DNA of 64,000 bases from a virus. Where the stretch lies: the IMG/VR virus record IMGVR_UViG_3300045988_041382, positions 1 to 64,000 of that record; one strand, 5' to 3'. A program made the translations under genes and the position numbers. Below, in pieces: positions 53,228 to 63,452 of this stretch (positions within the stretch are counted from its first letter, which is position 1; each line of letters starts with the position of its first letter). The notes below the pieces were generated by a model. That model ran no database searches. It worked only from the letters and a program-made list of their open reading frames with translations, and was not told the DNA's origin.

Positions 53228-54622
53228 TTACTTGCCGGTGTCGATGCCCCACTTGTTCAGCAGAGCGTCCACACCCTCGCTTCCCTCGCCGCTGTTGCCG
53301 GCGATGTGCTCCCAGGCATAGGTGGTCTTGCGCTTCTGTGCGCTGCGCTTGTCGCTCTCCATTACGGCCTCGCCGCACACGGCCAGCACCGCCTCGCGCA
53401 CCAGCTTCTCGCCCAGCCACGCACCGTCCTTGTCGCAGCTGTTGGCGTACAGTCCGGCCTCGATGTTCTCATTCACCGCCTTGATGGCGTCCTCCGCCAC
53501 CTTTTCCTCTCGGTTGGCGTTGAAAGCCTCCAGCGTAGCCTTGGCGGAAGCCTTGCAGGCACTCAGCCGGCGCTTGCTCTCGGCCTCCTGCATGGCGCTG
53601 ATCTGCTTATTGGCGGCTTCCAGCTTGGCGTTCAGGCTCTTCACATCGCCGTCGGTCTCCTTCACGGAGGCCACGGTGTAGTCCACCACGTCCGCCACAT
53701 CGGCGTTCAGCTCCACCTCGCCCACGCTCAGCACGATGTGCGCCGCGCAGGGCATGATCTTGCTGGCGATCACCTCTCCGTTGTCGTCAGCGTTAAAGGT
53801 GTAGCCGAAAAGATTGCCGGAAGCGTCCAGCAGTGCCACGTTCAGCCCGTCCTCGCTCATGGAGAGCACCTTGTGGTTGGGGAACTTGGTCTGCATCTTC
53901 TCCATTGCTCTCTTGTTCATGTTGCTTTTCACTCCTTTTTTTGTGTTTTTGTCGGGTTCCTTGCCGTCGCTGCCCTCTGCGGCTGTGTGCAGCGACGCGG
54001 CCCGCAGTTTCAATTCCTTAAATTCCTCCTGCATGGCCGCCAGCTTTGCGATGCTCGCACCCGGTATCGCCGGGTTTACCCTGTCGCCCAGAATGGTCAC
54101 GCCTATGCCCGACCATTTGGTAAACACGTCCACATCGTCCTCTTTGTGGCTCTCCGACACCATTGTCTCGGCGGAAACATCCATCGTGCCCTGTTCAGCG
54201 ATGCGTTTCACCAGCTCCGGGGCGTAAAAAGCAAATAGCCGTCCCTTCGCTCTGAGCCATGTATGACCGCCCCTCTCCACAAGGGTAAAGTCCTTTTCGT
54301 CGTCGGACAGCGTTCCCACGATGCGCTCCGCCGTCCCCTCCATGAAGGATTGGTACTCCTCCCCGGTCTTGGGATCCCGGCGCTTGCTCATGTTGTGTCC
54401 GTCCCCCACCTGCTGCCCCACATAAGCGATCAGGATGGGCTGCCCGATGAAGGTCTTGTAGTAGTCCCGCAGGTTCTGATACGACCAGCGGTTGTTGTTC
54501 TCACCCTCTCTTATCACCCACAGATCCACGCCGAACTCGTACTCGTTGAGCCGCTGCATCACCTTTAGGGTGCCGCTGGCGCACATTTTCTTGGGCATGG
54601 CCTTGGTTTTCAGCGTGCTCAT
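53228..54622 (-). CDS. putative prohead protease/scaffold-like protein
   Basis: 464 aa with a coiled-coil C-terminal half. Lies between the portal and the capsid. The functional call is positional only. Confidence 0.45.
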   Translation of the reverse strand: MSTLKTKAMPKKMCASGTLKVMQRLNEYEFGVDLWVIREGENNNRWSYQNLRDYYKTFIGQPILIAYVGQQVGDGHNMSKRRDPKTGEEYQSFMEGTAERIVGTLSDDEKDFTLVERGGHTWLRAKGRLFAFYAPELVKRIAEQGTMDVSAETMVSESHKEDDVDVFTKWSGIGVTILGDRVNPAIPGASIAKLAAMQEEFKELKLRAASLHTAAEGSDGKEPDKNTKKGVKSNMNKRAMEKMQTKFPNHKVLSMSEDGLNVALLDASGNLFGYTFNADDNGEVIASKIMPCAAHIVLSVGEVELNADVADVVDYTVASVKETDGDVKSLNAKLEAANKQISAMQEAESKRRLSACKASAKATLEAFNANREEKVAEDAIKAVNENIEAGLYANSCDKDGAWLGEKLVREAVLAVCGEAVMESDKRSAQKRKTTYAWEHIAGNSGEGSEGVDALLNKWGIDTGK

Positions 54623-55155
54623 TCGTCCTCACCGCCTTCAAACAGTTTTCTGCACCAGCTGTCAAAGGTGGCGCGGCTCATACCGCCCTGGTCCCACATG
54701 GTCCAGGCATCCAGCAGCTTGCGCCTGTCGTCGGTGTTGGCGATCTGCAGCTCCTCCGCCTTCAGGGAAAGCGCGTTGAACTCCCCGTCCGCCGCGGCGC
54801 GGATAAATCCGCCCAGTGCTTCGTTGACACCGTCCACAATGGCCACGCACACCTCGAATACCCGGTCCAGGTCGTTGTCAAAGTCCTCGTCCAGCTCCGG
54901 CGTACCGGGGTACATCAGCCGCAGGTGGTAGTCGTGGGGTATCTCCGCGAACTCGTCTATCCGCTCAGGCTGCTTATGCTCCAGTTTGTGAATCGCATCC
55001 GACAGAAACGGCATACCCATGTCGCACAGCACCCGGTCCTTGATGTCCGCAAACCACTTTTCCGCATTGCCGTATGCCTCCATCACCCGGCGCATCGGCT
55101 CCCGCATAGGTGCGAACCGCGGGTTATCCCAGCTGGCGTATTCCTGTGCTCTCAT
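54619..55155 (-). CDS. hypothetical protein
   Basis: MRAQEYASWDNP... The ATG at 55155 follows GGGAGTGAGGAC. Confidence 0.55.
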   Translation of the reverse strand: MRAQEYASWDNPRFAPMREPMRRVMEAYGNAEKWFADIKDRVLCDMGMPFLSDAIHKLEHKQPERIDEFAEIPHDYHLRLMYPGTPELDEDFDNDLDRVFEVCVAIVDGVNEALGGFIRAAADGEFNALSLKAEELQIANTDDRRKLLDAWTMWDQGGMSRATFDSWCRKLFEGGEDE

Positions 55156-55375
55156 GTCCTCACTCCCTCTCTCCGCAAAATAAAAATGGGGCCGCAGCCG
55201 GTGTTCTCCACCGGCGCAGCCCCATTTGGCTTTCCCCGCAGCCCCTTTGCCGCGGTTATCCACTTTTCACGGCCATTGCGCCTACCTCAATACCCCGCGC
55301 ATCCGCGCAAGCCTTCGGTCACAGCAGCCGCATTCTCTGTTTTCGTTCCCCACTGTCGCAGGGGCTCTCGCCGCC

Positions 55376-55552
55376 CTATCGGTCTGTCGGCATCGGCAGT
55401 GCCGTGCCTTTCTTTTTCTTCACCGTGTGTACGGTGTGTGCCTTTATGGCCAGTCCCTCAGCCGTCCGGCGTATCTCCACGTCGTTCCCCCGGGCCAGCT
55501 CCCGGTTGATCTCGTGCAGGTCGTCCGCCGTCAGTATTGCCGTCATGCCCAT
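55376..55552 (-). CDS. hypothetical small protein
   Basis: 58 aa, not in the ORF track (MGMTAILTADDLHEINRELARG...), with GGAGG upstream. Confidence 0.35.
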   Translation of the reverse strand: MGMTAILTADDLHEINRELARGNDVEIRRTAEGLAIKAHTVHTVKKKKGTALPMPTDR

Positions 55553-55558
55553 TTCTTC

Positions 55559-57349
55559 TCAGCCTCCCGCGTCCTCTGACGCTTCCTGTCCCTCGGTCCC
55601 CGGCGCCCCTTCCGATGCCGGTCTCCCTCCGGGGTTCATGTCGTGGGCCGCCTGCGGCGGCAGTCCGCTTTCGCTCTGCTTGGCGTTGTAGCTGGTCACA
55701 AGGGGCAGCCGCAGGTCCATAATGCCGCTTTCTTTCACCGCACGGCTGATGGCCATGTCGTCCATCACGCTCATGTCCAGCATCGCCATGTAAAGCATGG
55801 TCTGGGGCAGTATGCCCAGCGTCATGCCCTGTCTGGCGTTTTCAAAGGTCTTTTCGTCCTCCGCGATGTTGCCAAACATGGCGAATCTCCATGAATACTT
55901 CAGGTTCAGCCCGTCCATGATGCCCTGCATCATGCGCTCATAGCACCGGTATATCTGCTCGGCAAACTTGCTCTCTATCTGCAAACTGATATTCGCCACG
56001 CCCGCCCGCGGCTCGTCGCTGGTGGGTATCAGTGCGCTCAGTCCCGCCTTCGCCATGGTGTATCCGTACCCGGCAGAGCTTATCTTCGTGGCGCTGGGAG
56101 CCTCGGCCAGCTGGTGAAGTTCCATGTTCTTCAGCGGCGCGGCGTACCAGCCTATGCCACTGGTGTTGTTCTCCGCCAGTTCGTCGTAAAACCGCGTGCG
56201 GAAAAGCTCCCACCCTGCGTTGCTCAGCTTGTAGCTATCCGACTGCTGTCTCGTGCTGTTGTCGTCGTATTCGATCTCGCCCGTCAGCAGAGAGATCAGC
56301 GGGTTCTGTACCAGTTCCAGCTGTATCTGCTCATACTGCGCGATCTGGATAAACGACAGGAAAAGTCCCGTCAGAGGCGATACAACCGCCGTCTGCGCGT
56401 CGTCTATCTCAAAGGGATATACGGCATCCACCGGCAGCGTCACCCAGTAGCACCATTTTCCGTTCTGGTAGTATACGTCCGGGTCTCCCGGCAGCACGCC
56501 GCCTCCCTGCTCCGCTGCTGTTTTCAGCTCGGTAAAGCGGTTCATATTGATGGTGTTTTTCGCCGCGTATACATACCGGGTGCCCGTGCCCTTGGGCGGT
56601 CTCGCCGCCACCTGGGTGAATATGCCCCAGTAGGGCTTAAACAGGTCTCCGAACTGCGCCGGCTCACATCCAGGCTTCAGAAAGTACATCATGTTAAAGG
56701 CCACGGTGTACTTCGACACGCTGTTAAATCCCACGATCTTTATCCAGTCGCTGGGCAACTGCTGCATAAAAGCGTAGTTCACCTTGTTGTGTGGCTTGTC
56801 CACGCTCACGCGGGGGTAGTAGAATACTTTGCCCTCCTGCACCGCCTGCCCCGCCAGCTTGTGGGCCGTGGTCTTTACGTCCAGCTTGCGCCGCAGTTTC
56901 TCCAGCAGCTTCCACTCCCGCCAGAACTCGTCGTTCTTCGCCGTGTCTTTATCGGTGAACTCCGGTGCGATGTAGCTGTGATACGTCAGCAGATCCTGGT
57001 ACATCTTCCGGGTGTGGAAAAGCGGATAGGCCGTAAATTCCAGCCCGTGCTCCACCTGCCGCAGCCCCTGCTCGTTGCCAAGCGGGGCGGTCAGCATCTC
57101 TGCCACCGTATTCTTGGTATAGTCCTCCGGCAGCGAGGAAATGGCCTGCACCCTTCGGTTCTGAATGTAGGGGTTCACCCGTGCCGACTGGCTCATGCTC
57201 ACCCGGCTGAAGGCGCTGGCCAGCGCCCCTGCCGGCATATTGCCGTACTGCTCCGCCAGCGCGTTGAACCGCTGAAATATCTCCGGGTAGGTGCCGCAGG
57301 CTACGCTCTGCAATTCACTTGTCAGATTCCTCCGCTTCTCCTGCTCCAT
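55559..57349 (-). CDS. putative portal protein
   Basis: 596 aa, just downstream of the terminase large subunit. Confidence 0.7.
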   Translation of the reverse strand: MEQEKRRNLTSELQSVACGTYPEIFQRFNALAEQYGNMPAGALASAFSRVSMSQSARVNPYIQNRRVQAISSLPEDYTKNTVAEMLTAPLGNEQGLRQVEHGLEFTAYPLFHTRKMYQDLLTYHSYIAPEFTDKDTAKNDEFWREWKLLEKLRRKLDVKTTAHKLAGQAVQEGKVFYYPRVSVDKPHNKVNYAFMQQLPSDWIKIVGFNSVSKYTVAFNMMYFLKPGCEPAQFGDLFKPYWGIFTQVAARPPKGTGTRYVYAAKNTINMNRFTELKTAAEQGGGVLPGDPDVYYQNGKWCYWVTLPVDAVYPFEIDDAQTAVVSPLTGLFLSFIQIAQYEQIQLELVQNPLISLLTGEIEYDDNSTRQQSDSYKLSNAGWELFRTRFYDELAENNTSGIGWYAAPLKNMELHQLAEAPSATKISSAGYGYTMAKAGLSALIPTSDEPRAGVANISLQIESKFAEQIYRCYERMMQGIMDGLNLKYSWRFAMFGNIAEDEKTFENARQGMTLGILPQTMLYMAMLDMSVMDDMAISRAVKESGIMDLRLPLVTSYNAKQSESGLPPQAAHDMNPGGRPASEGAPGTEGQEASEDAGG

Positions 57350-57686
57350 GCGCCGCCTCCTCGTCTATGCGGGAGCGCTCTTTTTCCAGCTCCCTCTCCC
57401 ACGCATCCAGCAGCTCGTTCAGCCGCTTCTGCGTGTCAGCCCTGTTCTTTTTCACCCCGTCCGCCAGCGCCGCTGCGATGCAGTCCGCCAGCCACAGCCG
57501 GTCTCGCTCCGTCAGGCGCTTCAGGTCTGCGCCTTTGATCTCCACCGTCTGCATTTTTTTCGGCGCCGTAGTGCGGTACAGCAGCATATACCCCGCCGTT
57601 ATCCGCACAAAGCGCTCCTTTTCCGCCAGCGCCACCGTTTCGCCTGTCACCCGCGCCGCGTACAGTCTGTACTTCCTTGCCGCCAT
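57315..57686 (-). CDS. hypothetical protein
   Basis: 123-aa ORF between the terminase and the portal. Confidence 0.5.
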   Translation of the reverse strand: MAARKYRLYAARVTGETVALAEKERFVRITAGYMLLYRTTAPKKMQTVEIKGADLKRLTERDRLWLADCIAAALADGVKKNRADTQKRLNELLDAWERELEKERSRIDEEAAHGAGEAEESDK

Positions 57687-57687
57687 T

Positions 57688-59544
57688 TCAGCATATCCTC
57701 CCGCCGCGCCGCGCCGTCACCGTGCGGCCTCCCGCGCCGGCTGCCGCCGCTCTGTGCGGTGCTGCGGCGCGGTTTTTGTATTTTGCCAGTTCCGCGTCCC
57801 AGTCGCTCTTATGCCGCACCGCCTGCGCCAGTTCCTCGCGCTCCAGTATCTGCGCCACCCGCAGCGCATATTTCAGTGCTGACCATATATCGCGCTGTAT
57901 GTGCTTGCTTATCCGTTCTTCCTTTTGGGTCGTGCCGCTGGCCACCTTTTTCAGGTTCTGTATCTGCCCCACCAGTTCCCGGGTCTTTATGTAGGGGTCG
58001 GCCAGCATGGCATCCATGCTGTCGTCCTTGATCCGGTGGTACTTCTTGTAGTTCTCCACGCCCTCGTTCACATTAGAGCACAGCAGTTCCACATTCCGGT
58101 TCTCGAATTGCAGCTCCGCGTACCGCACCATCTCCGCGTCCGGGTCCGTCACGCCCGCGCCGCCCGCCTTGATGGGGTACAGGCACGGCACGGCGTTTTC
58201 CTGCTCCAGCTCCGTAAAGCTGGCGTGGTTCCGCACGCACAGCGGCGCAAGGCCGTCACCAAGGTCCATCATCAGGTTTTCTACCACGCTGGTGCCGTAC
58301 TGCCATGCGTCTATTGCCAGGTATGTCGCGGCCCCTCCGTCGCAGCAGAAGCGGCTCCACACGTCCTTGATCCGCTGCGCCTGCATCATGCTCTTTACCG
58401 GTGGGTTCCAAACGTCCACATACACCACCTGCTTCAGGTAGCGGTCCCGCTTCAGCCAGTCCGTTTGACGTGTGCATTTCAGCACCACGCAGGCGCATTT
58501 TGCGTTCTTCTTGTCGTCGGCGTAGGATACGTCGTACCCCACGATGTAAATCACGTCCTCCGGCTTCAGTTTGTTGCCTATGTCGTAGGCGCAGTGCCGG
58601 TTCTCCGCGATCATCAGTTTGCGGCACTCTGTCAGCACCTCGTCCCGCACGATAGGATTGCTGTCCGCCCCGGTATAGCGGCCCTCGAACTCGCGCATCC
58701 ACTTTTCCGCCGTGCATGTTCGTTTTCGCTTCATTGCCCAATCGAATGGCCGCATCTGCTGCAGTATCACGCACTCCCACGATATGTCATAGGCAAAAGC
58801 GCTCTCAGCCGCCAGCATGGCCTTCATGTTCTCGCATCGCGTTTCGTAAGCATGGTTCTGCTTCCGCCCCGCACTGGTAATGGCGTGGTCTTTGTAGGGG
58901 ATATAGTTGGGGTCTGGCTTTCCGTTCACATTATGTGTCAGGCGCACCGCAGGCAGCACCACCGTTGTATATTCATTGAAATCGAATGCCGGATTCTCCT
59001 CCTGGGCGTACTCCTCCGCCGTCACGTCATGCAGGTTGTCTCCTCGCATAGCGGATATGTAAAAAGCACTCCCGCAGTCGGTCTCTATCTTGAAGTCATC
59101 CTTACTCTCCGCCGTCACCCGCCACTGCTTCGCCAGTGCCGGGTAATCGTGCTCAATCTGCTTGAACGTCTTGCTTCCTATAGTGGCCAGTTGCTTGTAG
59201 CTTGGCCCATAGTATGCACTTTGCGTCCCCGGCCATACCAGCCCGTTTACCAGTGCATATTTGAATTTTGTGTTAGTCTTTGTCATGCCGCGGGTTCCCG
59301 TAAACGATGCTGAGGCTTTCCGGGCGTATACCCGCATCATCACCCGCTGCAGCAGTTCTTCATTTCCAAAGTCCGCCTCTGTGCTCCTGAATATATCGCA
59401 CGCCTTATCCGGGTACCATCTGAATACCCACATAATAAAGGCCCAGAAAGCATCCTCATAGTTTTTGTAGCTGCGCTCCTGTGTGGGCTTTTTTGTCACC
59501 CAGCCAAGACCAGCCACATACGCTTTACCCGTTCGCCTCGCCAT
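57688..59544 (-). CDS. terL: terminase large subunit
   Basis: 618 aa. A Walker-A-like FTGTRGMTKT and a C-terminal nuclease-like segment (IVGYDVSYADD). Supported by position. Confidence 0.8.
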   Translation of the reverse strand: MARRTGKAYVAGLGWVTKKPTQERSYKNYEDAFWAFIMWVFRWYPDKACDIFRSTEADFGNEELLQRVMMRVYARKASASFTGTRGMTKTNTKFKYALVNGLVWPGTQSAYYGPSYKQLATIGSKTFKQIEHDYPALAKQWRVTAESKDDFKIETDCGSAFYISAMRGDNLHDVTAEEYAQEENPAFDFNEYTTVVLPAVRLTHNVNGKPDPNYIPYKDHAITSAGRKQNHAYETRCENMKAMLAAESAFAYDISWECVILQQMRPFDWAMKRKRTCTAEKWMREFEGRYTGADSNPIVRDEVLTECRKLMIAENRHCAYDIGNKLKPEDVIYIVGYDVSYADDKKNAKCACVVLKCTRQTDWLKRDRYLKQVVYVDVWNPPVKSMMQAQRIKDVWSRFCCDGGAATYLAIDAWQYGTSVVENLMMDLGDGLAPLCVRNHASFTELEQENAVPCLYPIKAGGAGVTDPDAEMVRYAELQFENRNVELLCSNVNEGVENYKKYHRIKDDSMDAMLADPYIKTRELVGQIQNLKKVASGTTQKEERISKHIQRDIWSALKYALRVAQILEREELAQAVRHKSDWDAELAKYKNRAAAPHRAAAAGAGGRTVTARRGGRIC

Positions 59545-60544
59545 CGGTGTTCACATCCTCTGCGTCCGCTTTCGGCTTACCCGGCTTTTTCTTCTTTTTC
59601 ACCGGGCGCATCCGCACCAGCCCCAGCTTTTCGTAGGCTTCCTTCTCCGCCTCGTTGGGTTTCTCTGCAAACTCACCCAAATTGTCCTCCAGCCGCATCT
59701 CGTCCGGCAGCTCTGTCAGCTCCGGCAGTCCGTCGTTCTGCCGCATCCGGTTTTCGTTTATCAGTATCATCTGGTCGGCAGCATCCCGCGTGTAGGGGTA
59801 TTTGCACGGCCTGCCGAAAAATATACGGAACGCCTCGTCCGGTTCGCAGGGCTTCCCGTTTTTCAGCAGTCCTGCCCGCTCCAGCGCCACCACCATGTTG
59901 TCCAGCCGCAGGTCCTCCACCGGTTTTGTGTCCTTCTTCCGCAGGTTTTCCGACGCCAGGTTCTCCTGTATCATGCTGGATAGCTTCTTGGCCTTGTCTA
60001 TGGCGCCCATCTCCGCAGCGTCATTCATCTGCTTCGTCCACTTTGCAACGTTGCGGAGTATCAGCTGCTGCTTGGCGCTCACCGCCTGCTCTCCGCCGAA
60101 GTCAGCGCACAGCGCGTTGTAGATCCGGTCAAACTCGTTGTAGTCCTCGCTGGTGTATGGCACTTTCCCCGTGCCCTCGCCCCAGTCTGCGGCCTGTCGC
60201 TTGGTGCCCTGCCTGCCATCCCGTGCGCTTTTCTCCGCGCTCACCGCCTTGGTGAAGTTGCCGTTCTCCAGCCCCTCTCCGAATATCTTGGTGATGTCCG
60301 TCAGCCCATCGAGAAAGCCCAGCTCTCCGCCTCCCGGCGTCCGGTCCAGCTTTTTCTTTGCCAGCTTATCGCAGTAGGTCGTCCACTTGTTTTTGCTCCC
60401 GCTTGCCGGCAGCGCGTTCATGTCAAAGGGTTTGTTGAAGCGTATGCAGGCATAAAAATAAGCCAAACTTTCCCCCACCGCATCATTAAGCTGGTCGTAA
60501 TACGCCTGCTGCTTTTCCGCGTCCATAGGTAAAAGTTCGGCCAT
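59525..60544 (-). CDS. putative terminase small subunit / packaging-associated protein
   Basis: 339 aa with a basic C-terminal tail (KKKKKPGKPK). Immediately upstream of terL. The call is positional only. Confidence 0.45.
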   Translation of the reverse strand: MAELLPMDAEKQQAYYDQLNDAVGESLAYFYACIRFNKPFDMNALPASGSKNKWTTYCDKLAKKKLDRTPGGGELGFLDGLTDITKIFGEGLENGNFTKAVSAEKSARDGRQGTKRQAADWGEGTGKVPYTSEDYNEFDRIYNALCADFGGEQAVSAKQQLILRNVAKWTKQMNDAAEMGAIDKAKKLSSMIQENLASENLRKKDTKPVEDLRLDNMVVALERAGLLKNGKPCEPDEAFRIFFGRPCKYPYTRDAADQMILINENRMRQNDGLPELTELPDEMRLEDNLGEFAEKPNEAEKEAYEKLGLVRMRPVKKKKKPGKPKADAEDVNTDGEANG

Positions 60545-60681
60545 CCTGCGCTCCTTTCGGATAGTAAAAATGGTACAAAAGAGAATTATCCACTTTCTCG
60601 TGTACCATTTTCGCAGATATTCACTTGTGTAATTCCCTTTTACGCAACTTTTGAAATTTTTCTTTTATCCGGTAATAAATC

Positions 60682-60900
60682 TCATGTTTCCTCGTCCCTC
60701 CCCAGCAGATAGTCAATGGTCACGCCGAAGAAGTCCGCCAGCGCCGCCAGCGCCGTGGCCTTCGGCTCCATCTCGCCGCGCTCGTAGCGGCTTATCATGC
60801 TCTTGTTCATGCCGCACAGCTCCGCCAGCACGCAGCGCTTCATGTGCTTTCGCTCCCGCAGCTGCCGCAGCCGCTTGGCAAATATCTCATTTCCCGCCAT
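60682..60900 (-). CDS. XRE-family HTH regulator
   Basis: FAKRLRQLRERKHMKRCVLAELCGMNKSMISRYERGE. Confidence 0.8.
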   Translation of the reverse strand: MAGNEIFAKRLRQLRERKHMKRCVLAELCGMNKSMISRYERGEMEPKATALAALADFFGVTIDYLLGRDEET

Positions 60901-61178
60901 CACTTGCCTCCCAGCTCCGGCTTCTTTTTCGTCGCCTGCAACAGCATCCGCGCCTCCGTGTCGCTGATGTAAAGACCTCTATCACGCCACGCCACAATGC
61001 TGGCAAGGCGATCCTCCCGTGCCTTTTTTCTGCTCTTGTAAAACGCGCACTTTCCGCACTCCGCGCACACCAGCGTGTTCAGTCCCGCGCACTCGTTTTT
61101 CTCCGGCACATACAGGTCGCACGATACCTTGGGCTTGTACGGCGTTAAGCCGACCGTAATTCTTCCGCTCATGCTCAT
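60900..61178 (-). CDS. hypothetical Cys-containing protein
   Basis: MSMSGRITVGL... The ATG overlaps the upstream stop. Confidence 0.5.
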   Translation of the reverse strand: MSMSGRITVGLTPYKPKVSCDLYVPEKNECAGLNTLVCAECGKCAFYKSRKKAREDRLASIVAWRDRGLYISDTEARMLLQATKKKPELGGK

Positions 61179-61384
61179 CGTTTCTCCTCTCTCCGCAGGT
61201 ACACGCTGCCCGCAACCAAAAACACCGTATCCGCTGCTACCACCACCATGCACAATACGCCCACAAGCGTTTTATATACGCCCGCCACCATCAACAGCAC
61301 CAGCACTGCCGCCAGCAGCAGCGCCAACAGTATGTATACGACTGCCCAGTGCCGGTACTTCTTTTTATCCTCCATGCCGCTCAC
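61175..61384 (-). CDS. small membrane protein
   Basis: Two long hydrophobic helices (WAVVYILLALLLAAVLVLLMVAGV...). Confidence 0.5.
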   Translation of the reverse strand: MSGMEDKKKYRHWAVVYILLALLLAAVLVLLMVAGVYKTLVGVLCMVVVAADTVFLVAGSVYLRREEKR

Positions 61385-61734
61385 CCTCTTTCTTTGCGCA
61401 GTACCCGCAGTGTTCCGCGCATCAGCGTCGCATCCTCCGCGCCCGGTATACCCTCCATCGCTTTATACAGCGTCGGTTCCTCCTCTCGTGACACTTCTTT
61501 CCACTCTATCAACCCCGCCTTATCCGCCGCACAGCCCACAAGCGTAAGGTTGTCCATTTTGATGCGCTCATTCTCTTGCCCACCGGCGAACTTCCAATAG
61601 CGGCACGTCAGTTCCTCTGTGGTGTAGCTTTTCGCCGCAGCCACAGGGCGGGGCTGCACCTCGTCCATGAGCACACCGCCCAGTTTATGTATCAGATTCC
61701 GCCGCAGTCTTTCAGTCCAGTTCAATTCAGCCAT
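61381..61734 (-). CDS. hypothetical protein
   Basis: MAELNWTERLRRNL... with GGGGAGAGGA upstream. Confidence 0.55.
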   Translation of the reverse strand: MAELNWTERLRRNLIHKLGGVLMDEVQPRPVAAAKSYTTEELTCRYWKFAGGQENERIKMDNLTLVGCAADKAGLIEWKEVSREEEPTLYKAMEGIPGAEDATLMRGTLRVLRKERG

Positions 61735-61981
61735 TCCTCTCCCCTCCGTCCTTTCTCTCGCCGTAGGAGCAGAAGTCGTCGTCCTTCGGCACCGCAAAAA
61801 AACTGTCAGGGTTCAAACACTTTTTGCTCCCTCTGTTATACTTGCAGTCCTTGCAGCGCACCACCTCTACCGCATCCACCGTCGGCGCATTGTCTATGTC
61901 CTCTGCATCTACATAGTCAAAACACCGTTCATTCCCCCAATATTCTTACCTCTCCAATTTGTCACCATCAATCAGTCGCAT
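61727..61981 (-). pseudogene. small Cys-rich gene interrupted by an in-frame TAA
   Basis: The frame reads MRLIDGDKLER-TAA(61946-61948)-EYWGNERCFDYVDAEDIDNAPTVDAVEVVRCKDCKY...DDFCSYGERK. No in-frame ATG follows the stop. Confidence 0.45.
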
Positions 61982-62300
61982 CGTTGTCACCTCCGTCCAT
62001 CTTCGCCCCGCAGTTGGGGCAGTATTTATAAATGCCGTCAATGGACTGGTCAAGAGACCACCACGCACAAAACGGACACCTAATCTGACCGAGTGTGTTA
62101 AACGTTTGCGGGGTGTATTCCCACCTTCCATGCACCACCTGGGCAACATCAGCGGCAGGGATGGCATTTATGAGTTCCTTGATGTTCTTCATGCCAAACC
62201 CATAATCAACTCCGCCGAAGTCATCTGTTTCGCACACATCCGCATCGGCATTGTCGAACTGTTCAAACACTGCCGTTCTTTCAACATACTCCGCCATCAC
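61968..62300 (-). CDS. hypothetical zinc-ribbon-containing protein
   Basis: 110 aa with CPFC...CPNCG. Confidence 0.6.
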   Translation of the reverse strand: MMAEYVERTAVFEQFDNADADVCETDDFGGVDYGFGMKNIKELINAIPAADVAQVVHGRWEYTPQTFNTLGQIRCPFCAWWSLDQSIDGIYKYCPNCGAKMDGGDNDATD

Positions 62301-62463
62301 AGTTCCTCCTTATCTCACGTTCCATGATGCCCAGCGGCGTGTGTTCTCGTATCCATGTGTACACCCACGCCCTACTCTCCGCCGTGCCCATCGGCTTCTT
62401 TTTCGGCGGCAGTTCGCCGTTCTTCGCAGCGGTGGCCGTGGGGTTATACTTATGCTCTCCCAT
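62281..62463 (-). CDS. hypothetical small protein
   Basis: MGEHKYNPTATAAKNG... TGATG overlap with the upstream gene. Confidence 0.45.
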   Translation of the reverse strand: MGEHKYNPTATAAKNGELPPKKKPMGTAESRAWVYTWIREHTPLGIMEREIRRNCDGGVC

Positions 62464-62783
62464 CACTTCACCTCCTGCGTCCAGAACTCGCGGCGGCAGA
62501 CGGCGCATTCCTTGGAAATGTCTGAGCATCTGCCCTTGTCTCCTCTGTGTGCCGTAGACACTATTGCAGGGCACACACGCAACACGCCGATGTCATCTAC
62601 CCGAGCCTCCGGCCACTGCTTCAAAAAAACGCTCTGTCGTGTCTTGCGCGGGTGTGCAGCAACCCACGCTTTTACTTCTGCAACGACATCTTCTGCTTTC
62701 GTGTTATAATCGTTAATTCCTTTCTTGATACATCCAAGTGTATACATTCTTCTGCGTTCCTTTACAAACGTTACAGCGTCCAT
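62463..62783 (-). CDS. hypothetical protein
   Basis: MDAVTFVKERRRMY... TGATG overlap with the upstream gene. Confidence 0.55.
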   Translation of the reverse strand: MDAVTFVKERRRMYTLGCIKKGINDYNTKAEDVVAEVKAWVAAHPRKTRQSVFLKQWPEARVDDIGVLRVCPAIVSTAHRGDKGRCSDISKECAVCRREFWTQEVK

Positions 62784-63178
62784 CACATTTCCCTCCATTT
62801 GCACCCGTCACAGGCACCCTCGTGTGCGTGTTTGTACTTCCCGCAGTATTGGCATAGCTCGTTGATAAGTGCCTTGCGGTCTGCCGCCAGTTTCTCGTTT
62901 GCGGCCATCAAGCTACTATTGGCACCATCCAACTGCGAAATGCTGTCGTAATGCTCCTTGAGTTCTTCCCGTGTTTTCAGCAGCTCGGAATTGCTCATTA
63001 TCAGGCCGCCTTGCAGCTTTGCGATCTCCTCCGGTGTATATCCGGTGTCCTCGTACTGTTTCAGACGCTCCCACGCCTTCCGCTGGGAGCAATACCCATC
63101 TTCGCAGAAGCTGCCGCCCGGTGTCTCTGTACACTGTGCAATGTCACAAAATTTCCCCTCAAATGTCAGCCTGTCCAT
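62783..63178 (-). CDS. hypothetical Cys-rich/coiled-coil protein
   Basis: 131-aa ORF. Confidence 0.55.
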   Translation of the reverse strand: MDRLTFEGKFCDIAQCTETPGGSFCEDGYCSQRKAWERLKQYEDTGYTPEEIAKLQGGLIMSNSELLKTREELKEHYDSISQLDGANSSLMAANEKLAADRKALINELCQYCGKYKHAHEGACDGCKWREM

Positions 63179-63452
63179 CGTTCTCCTCCTTCACCGCCAC
63201 AGCCTTTGCCAGCTGTGCCATGCCCTGATTCATGTCCTCTATCTGCTTATCCCGCCGCGCAATAGCGTCCTTCAGGCTGTCGTTGGCTTTCATCAGTGCC
63301 TCGATGTGCCGCTGCTGGTTCTGGATCAGGTCAGCGGCGTATCCCATCGCTTTTTCGATACATCTAAACTCGTGGATCAGCGGACACGCTCCTTCGCATT
63401 TCTTATGCTGCTCGCAGCACCGCAGCGCGGTCACGATCTCATCTCTTGTCAT
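63159..63452 (-). CDS. hypothetical protein
   Basis: MTRDEIVTALRCCEQHKKCEGACP... ATGA overlap with the HNH gene stop, and a GGGAGG RBS. Confidence 0.55.
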   Translation of the reverse strand: MTRDEIVTALRCCEQHKKCEGACPLIHEFRCIEKAMGYAADLIQNQQRHIEALMKANDSLKDAIARRDKQIEDMNQGMAQLAKAVAVKEENDGQADI

